The translations under genes were made by a program, and so were the position numbers. From Spizellomyces punctatus DAOM BR117 (lineage: Eukaryota), in the NCBI GenBank assembly GCA_000182565.2, contig KQ257459.1: 64,000 nt of DNA; one strand, 5' to 3'. Below, one piece after another: positions 35,615 to 49,077 of this stretch (position 1 is its first letter; each line of letters opens with the position of its first letter). Below the pieces are notes generated by a model. The model worked only from the letters and a program-made list of their open reading frames with translations, had not been told where the DNA came from and did no database searches.

Positions 35615-38600
35615 TCATCGTCCTCTCAGCAAACAAGCAATCCATATCCAAACACCGACCACCTCTCCTGCATATCCACAACACCAGACCGCACATGCAA
35701 ATTCGCACCATTCGTCCGCACATGCATGGACATCAGTGGCCTGTACGGCCGCGAGAATGTCATTTGTATCCGTATATGGCAAAGATATTGGGCTCCCTTT
35801 CAGCCTATATACGGCACGGAGACGGGATAAGTCCTGTAAACTCGATAAAGAACTGGACACCTGCTCATTGGATGTCTGAGTGCAAACCGCGGTCTCGAGT
35901 GTTGGCAAAGCACTGAATAATGTTCTGGATGCCAATCTGGCAATTAATGGAAGGGAATGTCAGTACATCCCCTACAACAGACTGCTATTCTGTCATTTTG
36001 TTTCGGAATCGGTCCGAATAGAACTCACCGGTTCCATCGTGTGGGCTTATTTCCTCTCCATGTCTCAATCCCCGCTATTATTGCACGCTCCAGACGACCT
36101 TCAATTTCATGGAGTTTCGCAAGGTCGGGAGTCTTGTAGATTGGCTCTTCGAGCTAGTTATCGTGTGTGTGCATATCCATGAGCTCGTGCTTGAAAATCG
36201 CTAAGTCTGCTATGTACTTACCTGCAGACTTGGACCCTCAGGTTTGGGAAACGCTCGGTGGAACAGTGGGCGCCAGCTGCGGTTATCTCGTAAGTTAAAT
36301 GACATTCGCGCTGGATCCGCTTGCTGCTGAATGTTGACCCAAACCTGAATAAGGAATTTTGCATTTAAACATTAATACCTTTCGCACGTTTAGATTCCTT
36401 TGACGTATGCTCACATTATCCTGGTCGAATAATTGTCCTATTTCGATCAGCGGGCAAAGTGCATCTTTCACGGTCCAAACTGTTCCATCCACTGGATCCC
36501 AGAGTTTCCACTCTTTCAAGATAGCCCGTTCGTGCTCTTCCCTGGTCAACACCCACGCGACACGCCCTTTGGCTACATCTCGTCCCAGGACCACCCAAGA
36601 GTCCACATCTTTTAAACACCATTTAAAATAATTACATAAGAGAATGGCATGCTCGGCGGCGCCCCCAGCTCCAAGGGTCATCATTTGCTCGGTAGTAGCC
36701 CAGCATGAGTGAGGGTATATCATTCTGGAAGGGAGATATGGCAGCAAAGTGACATAACGGAGAAGATGAACCGGTGTTGTTGGTAAGCCAGGGGGCGGGG
36801 CTTGCGGCCGTAGAAAACGACTTATAAGAGCTGTTTGTTGGGAGAGGGTGGTCGTCGTTATGCGAATGTGGCGGGATTGAACGTGAGCAGGTAACGTTGA
36901 AGGGAAACTGGAACAATAGCGGAGGAGATGCAGCGATTCGAGGGACTGAACCTTTGGGAAATTGTTAGCGACAGGCGGAACTTGAATGCGAGGAAATTTT
37001 CGCTTGGTCTGACGTAGGTACCTTTGTCTTTACTTCTGTCGGTTGAGCTAATGGTGGATCCAGCGTAATGAACATATAAAGCGAGGTCCCTTTGTTCGGC
37101 TCGATACCCACCGGCACAGCTGCTATAGGCATCGCCAGTGGGGCATGCTCATATCCTATTGACGCGCAAGGCAGTTTGACAGGGAAGTCGCCTGCAAGCT
37201 GTCCAAGGGAATGTAAGTAACTGAAATGAAATGTGATCAAAATTCACCTGAAACTCAGTTGCTTACACGAATCTGTTCGTGTATTGCAGAAAAGGGAATG
37301 GTTAGCGATCCAAGCCAGGTACGGTCTTTTCGACGGTGGATCTGGGTATCTCGGTCTCGTTCCTCCTATTGTGATAACGGGGTAAGCACCTACCGATCGG
37401 ATACCCGGTCACTATCAAAGCACCCACCTGCATTAAATCAACTAGCATTTCATCAAAGAGGTCAAACCGGACTTCCTCAGCATCCAGTTCTCCCTCGACG
37501 CCTGCTTGATCACCACGTGGAGGTGTCACTGGAAGCATTAACGTTTCGTTCCATTGAGGATTCGGGCCTTCCCCAGTTGTCGTGCGCGCGTGGCGATTTT
37601 GAAATGTCAGCTGTACATACGGCCGAACCCACTACCGTAATTGGATACATCATCTTTAGGTTAGTGGGCTAAAATGAATGATTAGCATGTTACCAACACT
37701 TACGACTGGTCCATCAGATTCGGTTTCCACAACATCATGAATGCTCTTTCTGTCCTTTCTGACAGGTATGTTGGAACCCCTCAATATTTGCACCATAAGC
37801 CTACAGCCCTCCGGCTGCAGCCCATTCGTCAGTGCCTCCCTTCTATCCTCCCGATACGGGCGGAGTGGTCTCCGTGGTCTGAACCACTCGGTGAGAAAAA
37901 ATCCTTTTTGTGGTCGGTCTGCGAGTTTCTCTTCACGGACATAATCACTATGCCGCTTAGGCTGTGGATGAATCGTACTGCGAAGCAGTTGGTGGCTACG
38001 TAGACGCTGGAGAAACGTTGTCTCGGGAGTTGATAGATCAGACTGAGCTGTAGGCGCAGAATTCAGAAGGGAGAGCGTAGAAGAATGTCGTGACAGCATT
38101 GGATATAGTTGGGGCTTCTCAAGCGAAACCATTTAGGTTTGTGCTGATTGTGCGAAGTGAATATGCTGGCGTTGTACTTACTGTTTTATCTGAATCTAGC
38201 ATTTCCTGCATCATACCCTCATCGATCTCCTCATCCAATAGCGGTATAGGGCTCAGATGTTCAGCTGTAATATGACCTCTTTTCGTCTCCCTATCTTTGA
38301 TTAAAGTAAACCTCTTCTCATTGAGTTCATTATCGACCTGAAAATTCATGAAATGAGCATGGTATGAGCAATACCGAGAAGTGGTGCGTGATATATACCG
38401 CAACATCTAACGCCATGGCTCGGATCCATGCCGGAATTTCAAGACGGCAAAACTTTTTTGATGACCAGTACTCCATTGCGGAGGTACCCTCTGAGCTCGA
38501 CGATGCCTCTGCCAATCTTTTCAAGCGAAGCGTGTCTTGTGAGCGGGGATCATTCGGATCAACAGGCAGAGATTGAACCCAGTCCTTAATAAATATATGG

Positions 38601-41600
38601 AATAGTATGAGAGAACTCGTCGTTACAGGATTCATAGGCCACTCTCACCATTAATTTGCGCATGTTGATGGCACCATTGGGTCCCATCATTGCAGCTAAA
38701 TGATTAGGTTCTCGGACATTACGACGGGCATCAAGGTCGTTGCTATGTACATTCACGACAAGAATGATGTGAGTTACTTATCGTTCAATGCTTGCAGCTC
38801 CTTGGTTCTTTGGAAAACGTACGATTGGATAAGAGGTCCCAAGGATTTGCCCCCGTCATCCACCCCCCAGGCACATCCAAGTGTTACCACTCCCGAAAGC
38901 CACCTTTCATCTCCTCTGCCAACCGTTGCGTCATAACTAGATTTGCCCGTAAAATGCAATGCATGCGGTGTCCGGTCAATGGCGTTGGTAGTTTCGGTAG
39001 CAGAGGGAATAGGGATAGGAATTCGGCAAAGGAGAGTTTCGCCAAAGGCTGTCTGAACCAAGGGATGTTATAGGCTATCCATTGGGCGTCGTTTTACAAA
39101 ACAGGGCAGAATACCTTTTCGTAGACTTCAGCCTCAAGGCATTCAGGAACTTCTTTGACCCGAGCACCAACCCTGATCGCTGTCTTCCGTCCTAACGTCC
39201 CTAATGCTTTTGAGCTTGCGACTATGTTAGACCCACGTTGATCGATGTTGTTGAATTGAACACTGAACGTGGACATGTCAAGGGTGTGTGCCGTCGTTCG
39301 GGTCATTTCTTTGCGATTATAGAGCAAGCGCAAACAGAAGGTAGGAGGGGTGGTTTGACGACGGTTTTGTTCGAACTGTACGGAATGGAGTGAGTAGATT
39401 TTACTTCAGCCACGCCGCTTCATTTGGGGTTTACCTTGGGGCATTCAGCTATGGGAGTGATGACACTCGTGTGGTTGCAGGCAAACGACAAAATGGGAAA
39501 GCCGGGTTGTCGATGGCTTGATTCCAGCCTCTGAATAAGAGTGTCAGGCTACTATAACGACCATCTGATTAACATAAGCATAATATGACATACCTTGCTG
39601 ATTTGCGATTTAAGCCGTTTTGCATTGAATCCGCCCATCTTCGTCTGGCCAGTCTGAAGGGCTGGATCTGATCGCTTCTTTCTGTCCTTACGAAGCTTCC
39701 CTTGACTGCCATGTGTACTTGCGTTGTCCGTATCTTGTTCGGCGCCAAGCTGATCTTTCGTGTCCTGTCGCTCCAATCCGGATTCTTCTTCGGTTACGCT
39801 AGTAGTATCAAGCTTTTCGAGCTCGTGCATATCTGACAGTTCCGATAGCTCGTTCGCAATTTCAACCCTAAGCGCCTTTGTATCCTTTCACATTTTGGCG
39901 GTTAGCCACGGATGATTGAATCTTGAAAAATAAAGATTTACCTCATCTTCAATAGTTTCACTGCTCCGCACAATCACTTTGAGAGAGGTAGACGCGAATC
40001 CTTCTGTTTCGCGTATCTGCTTCAACTGAGACCATCCTTGCAGAATCTTAAACTCCAGTAACCGATCGGTTTGAGCTTCAGCATCCTGAGAATAAGCATT
40101 AATGACATGCAGTCTTTCAATGAACAGGGCGCCCGACGCTCAATACCCGTAATAATCTTGTCTCACGGATTTCTTCCAACATCGCCTTCCTTCGGTTGAT
40201 ATTCTTCTGTTTGGCTTCCTTCTGCACTTGCTTCGGATCGTGATACCTAGAATAACGGGCGGGACGTTCTGGAAAGATATCATTTGCTGGTTCTGTTGCG
40301 TCGGCTGCGGGTGAATCAGGCAGAGGTTGCGATTGTTTATACTCGTTGTACGCATCGCGCAGCGCCTTTATGGCAAAGAGATTAGTACGCGATGCCTCAT
40401 GGGCTCAGGACTTGAATATAAGCATACCATTAGCCGCTGATCCAGGAAATGTACTACCCCTTTTTTCTTCCTCTGACCCAAAGTGGTCACCCATTCCTCT
40501 ATGTTTCTCGCCAATTTCATCTCCTCTGTCATCAGCGGATGATCGACCATTGCCATACCGTACAGGTCGACGGCAAGCAGATAGGTCCCACTTGGAGAAT
40601 CTGTTATTAGCGTGTAGGGCGAGGGGGCGGCAATTGGAAGGCGGATAAGTGCCAGATCGTCGTGTGGGGAATCTGCTAGCGAAAGTTCTGGGTCTGAAGA
40701 TGGATGGGTGCGGGTATCCTGCCATAAAAGCGTTGGCAATTCACGAAATGGGCGTTGTGGCTCGGTTGAAATTGGGATTGGAATAGTGTTAAGGCGAAGG
40801 GAGGAGCCGAACCACTGTATTCCGCTGATAGAAAGCAAAGTGAATGAGCGGCGCGGACATGTGCTATGTGGTAAAATGTAGCTTTTGCTCACTCTTCTGG
40901 CTCGCTCCATCGTAGACGCTTCTCCAATTTTTGTAAATTCCAGAAAGCGACAGGTGGTAAGTCCCCGACATAGAAGCCATCGTCCTCCGGAGTCGCCGGC
41001 ATGGTCTTGAAACACCGTCAGAGTCGAACGTTAACAACAAATAATTGTGTGTTTACCTCGTACAAAGTTCTCCATGTTGCCAAAGTAGACGGACAAACGT
41101 TCTCTGGGCAAAACAAGATTTTGGCGACCTGGACAAGATACCGTCATTTGGGGCATGAACTGCCACGCTAGACGTTACTTCCGATCGAACGTACCTGCTC
41201 CAAGTAGGTCTTCCCTATGTTCTCCCATGGCTGCTTGACTACGTGTGATCCTAGCATTTGCAGCTCTGCTTTTTCTTTTAACTCGTTGAATGCTTATAAT
41301 AGATGAATTTAGAATGACTGATGCTGTTAATGACAGATGAGAAACCGGGTTCCAGCGCAGACTATGTACCTTTTTCCGCCCATTTACCCTCTTCGTCCAT
41401 GTCAATCTCTTCATCATCCGGCGCCTTACTTTCTACCTTCTTTTTTGGCTTGCTTCGTTTCTTTTTCTTTTGCCCGCTTTGGTCAGGTTCGCTGGCATGG
41501 CCGGTTGTCGTCGATAACTCGACATTTGCATCGTAATCTTCTTGCAGGGGCTCTTGGTAAAGTCTCGAATGAAGGATGTTTGGAGAACTTTTTTGAAACT

Positions 41601-41810
41601 GCAGCAACAAAATATTTACAGCGATCGTCGTCTCCTCATATCTCAGCTGAAATTAAACTATACCTTTGCCCCTCCCAATCTCTCCCTACGTCTTCCTCCA
41701 CTCTGTTCACCATCAGTCAAAGATAATGTTGATGCCCCCCTAACCAGGAGCTGACTTTGAGCATGTCTTAGACGAGACCGATTTCTCGGGACATTGGTCG
41801 GCAACGACAT
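35615..41810 (-). CDS. CC2D2A: Ciliary transition-zone protein CC2D2A/MKS6, many introns
   Basis: N-terminal RLENRL(L)QV..WF, LLYNRKEMTRT C2 region, DPNDPR, RRPLRP, VQILRGSNIPVR, FDLFDE, GGAAEHAILLCNYF, WDPVDG, CPLIEIGQLFDQDN and the C-terminus GVWIWIACL. Start tentative. Confidence 0.9.
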
Positions 41811-42429
41811 TATTGGACAACTGGACGTTGATATCAAACACTTAGGCAAACTGACACCTATGCATCGCCAACTGCACCAGCTTTGTTGACTGCTTGAAAC
41901 TTGTCGAATGAGTCATACGTCAGATCGGAATATAATCAAATGCTTCTTGTGAGTTTGCCCAAGGTGGGCCTGCTGGACGATAGCCTGGGGAGATCGGAGA
42001 CGCGCTGAGTAAGCTCCAGCAACAGCAACGAGGCCGATTTTTAACTTTTGGCACAAACTTACTGGCACTTTTTCTGCAGATACTTGTTATCATTATCAAG
42101 ACATGAATGAAAGAGCCACATCGTGTGCCCATGTCGAGTCCTCTGAGAACAATAAATGTTGAATGTTGGTCGATTTGCCTCGATTTATCGGAAAACGACA
42201 ATTGATTCCACATGTAAGCGTGCATGTAGGTATGGTATGCTGGGAAAGCAACAGGAGGTTGTATGAGTTTGCTAACTGCTTTTGCCTGAGTGAGATGATA
42301 ATTTTGTCTTTGCAATTTGTAAATGTCCATGTCCAAAACAGCCAAGCCGCCCACGTCAGGAACGCGCGCCGAGGGTGTTTTTGTCAGTTACTCTACCCGT
42401 CCATCATCTACAAAGGAGGGTCCACAGAC

Positions 42430-43416
42430 ATGGGAAAGCCCCTTTACCCGCCGGTACCAGCAAAGGACAATGGCGCACCTCTGCGTCCGTACATGCTCGA
42501 CCAGGAGTCTGCTTCAAGTGATGACAGCGACTTTTACCAGGTATCGGCATCTGAGGCCAATGCAACCGAGACGTCAAAACCGGAGGCATCCAGCGAAGAC
42601 TCTGGAAAGAGCTCAATCGATAGCTCCTCCTCTGTAACCAGTGCAGGTCAAGCGGTCACAGGCGTGTGGGATCATGTATACGCTCTCCTAGCCCTTGGCG
42701 CCCTGATTGCTGTCTGCATAGCAGCCGCGGCAGCCCCACACTTGTCGAGCGTTTCCATATCAGACGCTTTCTTTGCCAAGATTTGGTCTTTTATGAGTCC
42801 CCATGTTGATGCTCATGTGAAGGACATCAAGGAAAGTTTAAATTTGTCGACTGCTTGGGGCAACGTTCTGGAAGTAGGACCGGGCACAGGTGCCAACCTT
42901 GGCTACTACTCCAGCAAGGCGGTCACATCGCTAACCTTGCTTGAGCCTAACACCGCCATGCACGCTGAGCTGCTGCATACTGCATCCATGGCAGGATGGA
43001 ACCCTGATATGTTCACACTACGCCTGTCGGCGAACACGATTGAATCTGCGTCTTTTCAACCGGCCTCATTTGACTTTATTGTGTCTACCTTTGTTCTCTG
43101 TTCTGTTGATGACTTACCCGCTGCAGTAGAAAGGCTGTACGATTGGCTGAAACCAGGGGGCACATTTGTGTTTTTGGAGCACATTGGGGATGAGAAGGGG
43201 AAATGGGCGCGGTGGGGACAGGATATGATGTCTTTGTTTCTCTGGCCGGCAGTGGCGGGGGGATGTCGATTGAATCACGATACCGTGACTGTCATTCAAA
43301 ATCTCGATTGGAAAGTCGACATTTCAGGAAAAGGTCGAATGGCGGTCGGAGCCCTGCCTATCGTATGGGGAAGAGCAACAAAGAAGAAGGGATGGTTTGG
43401 GTCTATCTGGCAGTGA
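42430..43416 (+). CDS. Intronless class I SAM-dependent methyltransferase (METTL7/TMT1-like) with N-terminal TM segment
   Basis: VLEVGPGTGAN, LEPN, FDFIVSTFVLCSV, LKPGGTFVFLEH, GGCRLN and the hydrophobic stretch VYALLALGALIAVCIAAAAA. Confidence 0.88.
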   Translation: MGKPLYPPVPAKDNGAPLRPYMLDQESASSDDSDFYQVSASEANATETSKPEASSEDSGKSSIDSSSSVTSAGQAVTGVWDHVYALLALGALIAVCIAAAAAPHLSSVSISDAFFAKIWSFMSPHVDAHVKDIKESLNLSTAWGNVLEVGPGTGANLGYYSSKAVTSLTLLEPNTAMHAELLHTASMAGWNPDMFTLRLSANTIESASFQPASFDFIVSTFVLCSVDDLPAAVERLYDWLKPGGTFVFLEHIGDEKGKWARWGQDMMSLFLWPAVAGGCRLNHDTVTVIQNLDWKVDISGKGRMAVGALPIVWGRATKKKGWFGSIWQ

Positions 43417-44100
43417 TCGCAAGTGGCGTATGTATACTGTGCAGAGTGTAAAGCTTGGTTTATAGGGGCATTCCTGAAAGCTTAATGTAAATATAGTTGC
43501 ATGTAGGTCATTTCCTGTAATGTAGTAACAAGGCATTTTTTGCGCAAAAGTTCCTTTTCATGCTGTGGATCGACAAGTGTATTCTGGGGAGAAAACAAAA
43601 AGTCTAGCTGCATTGGCGCGAAAATCCATCATCGTTCTTTGGACATTCAAAAACTCACGGAACGTGGATGAAAGCATGTTACATCTTGGGCACTAAAAAG
43701 TACTGAGGGTCCTGCAGGTCTTGCAACGCCAGACAATACCTTGGACTTCAACGGCAGCTGAAGCAAGTTACAAGCGGTAGCTCTGCGCTCTGCACTTCCT
43801 CTTGTACATTTCAATACCTGTGTGGTTAGACGGGCAGCATCCGCTCGTCCGGGCGCTGAAGGGAAAGTCGTTGGAGTCGCTTGCTGACGTAAAGCATATG
43901 GTCATGTGACTAATACTAAGGTTAAAACACCAAGCTAAGCCTCCAAAACCATTAAGCCTAAAAAGGTAAATGAATCCACAAATTTGAAGCCGTTAAGTTC
44001 AAGGCCGTCGGCTCTTCTCTTGGCGAGCAAATTGAAGGTTTTTTTCAAGCGTTTGTTCAAGATTTGAAGGGCAATCGACCCGCAAGGAATCTCATAGTGG

Positions 44101-47100
44101 ATGGAACATGGCGAGGTGAGTTGCGCTGGAAGGGATGGTGGCCACGACTTGAGGGACCTTGAACGTCTTTTGTTTGGCAGACCACACTCGCAATACGCAT
44201 TTGACGACTATGACATACAAGACAACCTCGACGAATATATGGAAGGTTATGACCATGACACATATGGCGAGACACCCGTCAGTGCCTCCCGCCGTATAAG
44301 TCCGACTACCAGAATGGCCTTGGGTCCTTTGCAACTAAATCCTCATGAAGACGGAACACCAAGCTACAATGCGGCAACTCAGTCCTTGTTGGACCAAGCC
44401 GACGGCGCCATGGCGTCGTTGATGCACCTCTCCCGTGATACCGACAACTGGAAACCTGTTCTAACACATAAGAATGGTGGGGCGGTAGTGTATCGTACAG
44501 CAAAGCACGCAAGAGGGCAGATCCCTGTTTTCAAAGGTGTTGCTATACTGCACGGCTTTGCCCCAGAAGCCATTTTTGCCTTGGTGAGAAACAGGCAGTT
44601 GTGTAAGTGGCCTCATTCTTCTCCTGGTGCATTCTGAGAACTGACGCAGCAACTTGTAACAAAGGGGATGACTGGTATTTGGAGGGACACATTGTCGAGC
44701 ACATCAATGAAAGCACCTCTCTCAGCTACATGGTAATGAAGCCCCAAAACGCCTTATCACAGGCAGTAGCAAGGTAAAATCTCTGCAGAATTCATCCCTC
44801 CATACATGTTGCGAGTACACTAATGCTCGTACTACCGTCAAACACTAGTCAAAGAGACTTGGCTCTTATTGATCGAAAGGACTTTGATCCGGCCACCGGG
44901 GCCATTGCTTACGCTAGTACATCGGTGGAAACAACCAAAGTGCCAAAACATCCTGGCCGTGTTCGTGCTTTACTGAAACTGAATGGATGGCTTTTGGAAC
45001 CTCATATTGCATCAGATGGAGTAACCATCAGCACCAAAGTCAGCTACTACATCCAAACTGATGTTGGAGGGCTGTTGCCCAACTCGGTAGTTAAGCGCTA
45101 CCTTGCCCGTCGTGCGCTGGTCGTCGTGGGTGTGGAACAGTACCTTCGAAAGAATGGCCCTCCCCCTGTTCCAGAATCAGAGGTTGTAGCGGTCAGAAGA
45201 GCGCGCACAATGAGCATTCTCAGTACTTCGTCAGATGGAGAGAATACACCGTACCAGTTTCCCCCACCTCCTGAACGTTCCTCTTCTTTCCACGGGTCGC
45301 GACTTATGCGCGGGTAAGCTGGTTTATTTACGTTTCCTTTCTTTCTAATGTCAATCACCGCTAAACGTGTGCTGCAGAGGCGCAGGGCCTGAGCAACCAC
45401 CTTCTCGAATGTCATACCAGGGACATAACATGACGGAAGGAAGAAAGATGCCTTCACACGTGGCTCCTAGCTATGACCGCCAGTCCCGTCAGCATGGGAA
45501 TCCTCCTCCACCCCGCTCTGTTGTCAACACCGTAGAGGAATCTGTGCAAGATGATGACGATGATGAGGTATGGTCGACTTACTGGATTGCAGGTTGGGAT
45601 GTGCGAGCACCAAGATTTTGGTTAACCGCGACATTGGCGTGTTTAGGTCATTGTGTATGATGAACATGAAGTCCCAGAGGAAACAGATGATTACGACGAG
45701 GTAGATGACGTGGAACTCGAGGAGGAGGACGAACAAGAAGGAGCCGAGGCGACATCGCCCGCACCTGTAGAGATTGATGATGGTGGTCCGTCAACTAATC
45801 CTCATAACGAAGCTGCCCTGCTATCTCTGCGTCTTCTACAAAGCCTTGAACCAGAAGACGCTGGGTGGGAGTTTCATTCACAAACAAGTGGAGTGCGTAT
45901 CTCTCAAAGAGCAGTCGCTGGAGCTCAAATGCCTATGGTGCGTGGAGATGCGATTATTCAAGGCCCCTGGACCGCACAGGAGATCTTGAGTGTCGTCAAA
46001 AGCGCGACTGCCAGACGCTCATGTGAGTATCATGCATGTCAAGTGTATCTCTACTGACCAGAGTTGCTAATATCGCGATTTACAGGGGACGCACGTTTTG
46101 AAGACGGACGCGCACTGGTTAACTACAACTTGGATGAGGCATTAACCTATAGTCAGCAGAAGGGAACGTTCCCTGTCTCTGGTCGGGACTTTGTTACCAC
46201 TAATATGACACACTTTGATCCCAAAACGGGTGCCGTTTATTACACTGCTACCAGTGTAGTTGACCAGTCCGCCCCAAGCGATCCCAAGCGGGTTCGTGCC
46301 CATCTCACAGTTGCTGGGTGGATCCTTAAACCCGTAAATGGGGGGATCTCTGTGAGCTACATTGTACAAGTGGATGTTAAAGGATCTATTCCTAGCTGTA
46401 AGTGACCTTGAGCCATTCAATAGGCCCTTGGCTTAACGTCAAATTGCTTACTCCCGTTCCTCTCCAGCGATTATCAAAGTAATCCAGACTCAAACACCTC
46501 TCTGCATTGCAGAAGTGTTCAAATACATTGAACACAAGGGGTTCATCCCTTTTATTATCCGCAGAGTTCCCGGAGTGGACCCTGGCCGCGGACTGGGACT
46601 CCGCAGTGAAAGTTTTGAAGCGAAAGGCAGTGTTTATGGCTTGGAATACAGGACGACAGAGGCTCATGGGAAAATCTTGGCTGTTGCCTTACCTAGGTCA
46701 GCTTATTCTGATGGTGCTGATGTGCAGGTCACACCTACCGATGGCAGCGTTAAAGTATATAGGGTGCCCGACGATGCGATGGGAAGATTAAAGGATGCGG
46801 CGAGCGCAGACAATTCGATTGTCCTCAATGTTATCGTTGAGAAGGAGGCGGACCTGGACGTGAAATTCCGGGTTTCGCCTAGCAATCGCGGTTACATGTG
46901 TAACGGTAAAATAATTGAGACCGCCCCGGCGAAACCTGTCATTGCTGCACATCCGAAACCCGTAGCCGAGCCTGTACCAGTTAGGGAAGCCGATACTACC
47001 CGGCCTCCTGCTGCGAAAGCCACCTCTGAAGTAAACACGAAGTCCGTTCCCCCCACGAAGACAGAAGGGTCACCGAGCTCAAGCTCAAATACGCCACCGC

Positions 47101-48860
47101 CCGCAGCTCGACCTACATACATTCCGCACCGGCATACTGAATCCGGCGTCAAAGCGTTGAAGTACTTGAAGCAACTCATGCAAGATGAAGACGCATGGAA
47201 GCTCCACTCAGAACAACAGGGCGTAAAGATTTCCACCATCGAAGACGGATCACCGATGCCTGTTGTTCGTGGTGATTCCGTGTTCCCACCAGAGTTCACA
47301 GTGGATGAAATTGTCAATGTACTCAGATCATCTGGGGCGCGCAAGATTTGTGAGTATGCAATGCAAGGATGTGTTATACAGACATCGCCGTTAACGCAAT
47401 TTCCTTTTCAGGGGATGCTCGGTTTGAAGATGGTGATACAGTGGAATGGTTGAACCCGAACGAGCAGGTATTCCGGTCACTCCAAAAGGGACAGTTCCCC
47501 GTTAGTGGCCGGGATATTTGCGGTCTGCAGGTTACCGTTTTCGACGCCAGATCATCCACCACCTACATTGTTGCGACAAGTGTGAATGACCCACTTGTTC
47601 CGGTTGACCCCAAGCGCGTCCGCGCTGATTTGAAGGTCGCTGGATGGATTTTACAGCCAGTACCGAACGGAGGCGGTGTTAGTATCACTTACATTGTGAA
47701 CATCGATCCGAAAGGGTCAATTCCAAGCGCCATTGTAAAGGCTGTTTCAGCACAGACTCCGTTATGCGTTGCAGAAGTCCTCAAGTACCTGCGTACGTAC
47801 GGATCTCCTGTTGCCGGCAAAGTGTTGGGTAACACTGGCGAGGGTATCAAAATTGTAGTCACCAAAGATAAATTCGACCACAAAACATCGACATTGGAGT
47901 TTGAGTACACAGCAAATGCAACTCAAGACGGCGATGGAACTCCCGGAACTGGACTTGCTGGGCTCGTCGAATTCCAGATTGACCCGAAAATGTATCCTTC
48001 AGGTGTTGATCTGGAAATTCCGGCCAAAACAGTGCAAGATTACTTGATAGTAAAATCGAGTCCAGACGGTCGATTCTTGAGATTGTACATGCGCTTTGAC
48101 GCTGTAAAGGAGAATGGCTCTGGCAAGATTCAAGTGAAAGTTATCAAGAAGAAGAAGGGAACCGGCAGCAAGGACTTTTCAGTCAATGGGGTGCCTGGCA
48201 GTGTCGTGAACGACAAATCTAATAAGGTCATGATCCCGGTCAGAAAGGCTACAACTGCACCTGGGGCAAGTAAGCCCGCCACGGCGACTGGTAAGTGACC
48301 CTCGTTATACATTTTTCTTGCAGATACGTTAAACCTGACATTATCACGTAGCTGCCACGCGTCCGCCTCGTCAGGCCCCAGCTGGCGTACCCTCTGAGCC
48401 ACTCCCCACATCCGAAGCAGTGCCCAAGGTTCCCGTTAAGCGGAGGCCGCCTCCTGCGACCGAGACTGCAGTGCAAGCGCAGCCAAGTACGGTTCCAGCG
48501 CCATCAATGTCAACAAGAAGTTTGACCCGGACAAATGAGAACCGTCTCTTCACATATCTGCTTGCACTCCTTTCCATGGCACTCCGTCTACTTCGTCCCT
48601 TCCTCGCACCCAACGGACCGGAGCTTCCTGATAGCGTTGATCCCCTCGACATCCGTGCACTGGTCGCGGACGCTGAACGTCTCCGCCTCGTTGGAGTGTC
48701 AGCTGTGTCCTTGTTGTTCTTCGGACTGGTTTTGAGGTGGTTCCTAGGTGCTGTATTCGGTGTCGTTGGTGGTGTGTTTAGCATGTTTAGCTTGGGACAA
48801 TGGGTCTTATTGACTGCTCTGGGAGTTGGCGCATTTTGGATGGGTAAAGGACGACGTTGA
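44101..48860 (+). CDS. Protein with three START lipid-binding domains and C-terminal TM helices
   Basis: Three repeats of W..H....GV.I / P.VRG / WD..F / RD / TSV.....P....RVRA.L...GW.L.P / SY...D..G..P. Hydrophobic C-terminus. Confidence 0.88.
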
Positions 48861-49077
48861 GATGACAATCAAATAGAACTAATGTAGGGTTAGGTTTACT
48901 TCATAGACACATCTCATAGGTATATAATTCTTCGTTTAGAGATAGTTGTCATGTTTCATACATAAGATAATAAGGGTTCTTGGGATGGCCGATCCTTATT
49001 TCCATTCCTCGGGTATTTTTCTGATTAATTATATGCTAAGGTTTTGTATCTCACGGCTCATTTTGAAAGACTCAAAC

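Noticed and set aside
39879-39890. GTATCCTTT resembling a U12 5' splice site; also ATATCCTT at about 61273 and GTATCCT at about 63924
   Set aside because: The first is antisense to CC2D2A, the second is coding (NIL), and the third lacks the full consensus and has a U2-type CTAAC branch.
42163-42429. Long N-terminal extension of the methyltransferase ORF (also the IPI3 and TraB-like upstream extensions)
   Set aside because: Non-protein-like composition; the downstream ATGs fit better.
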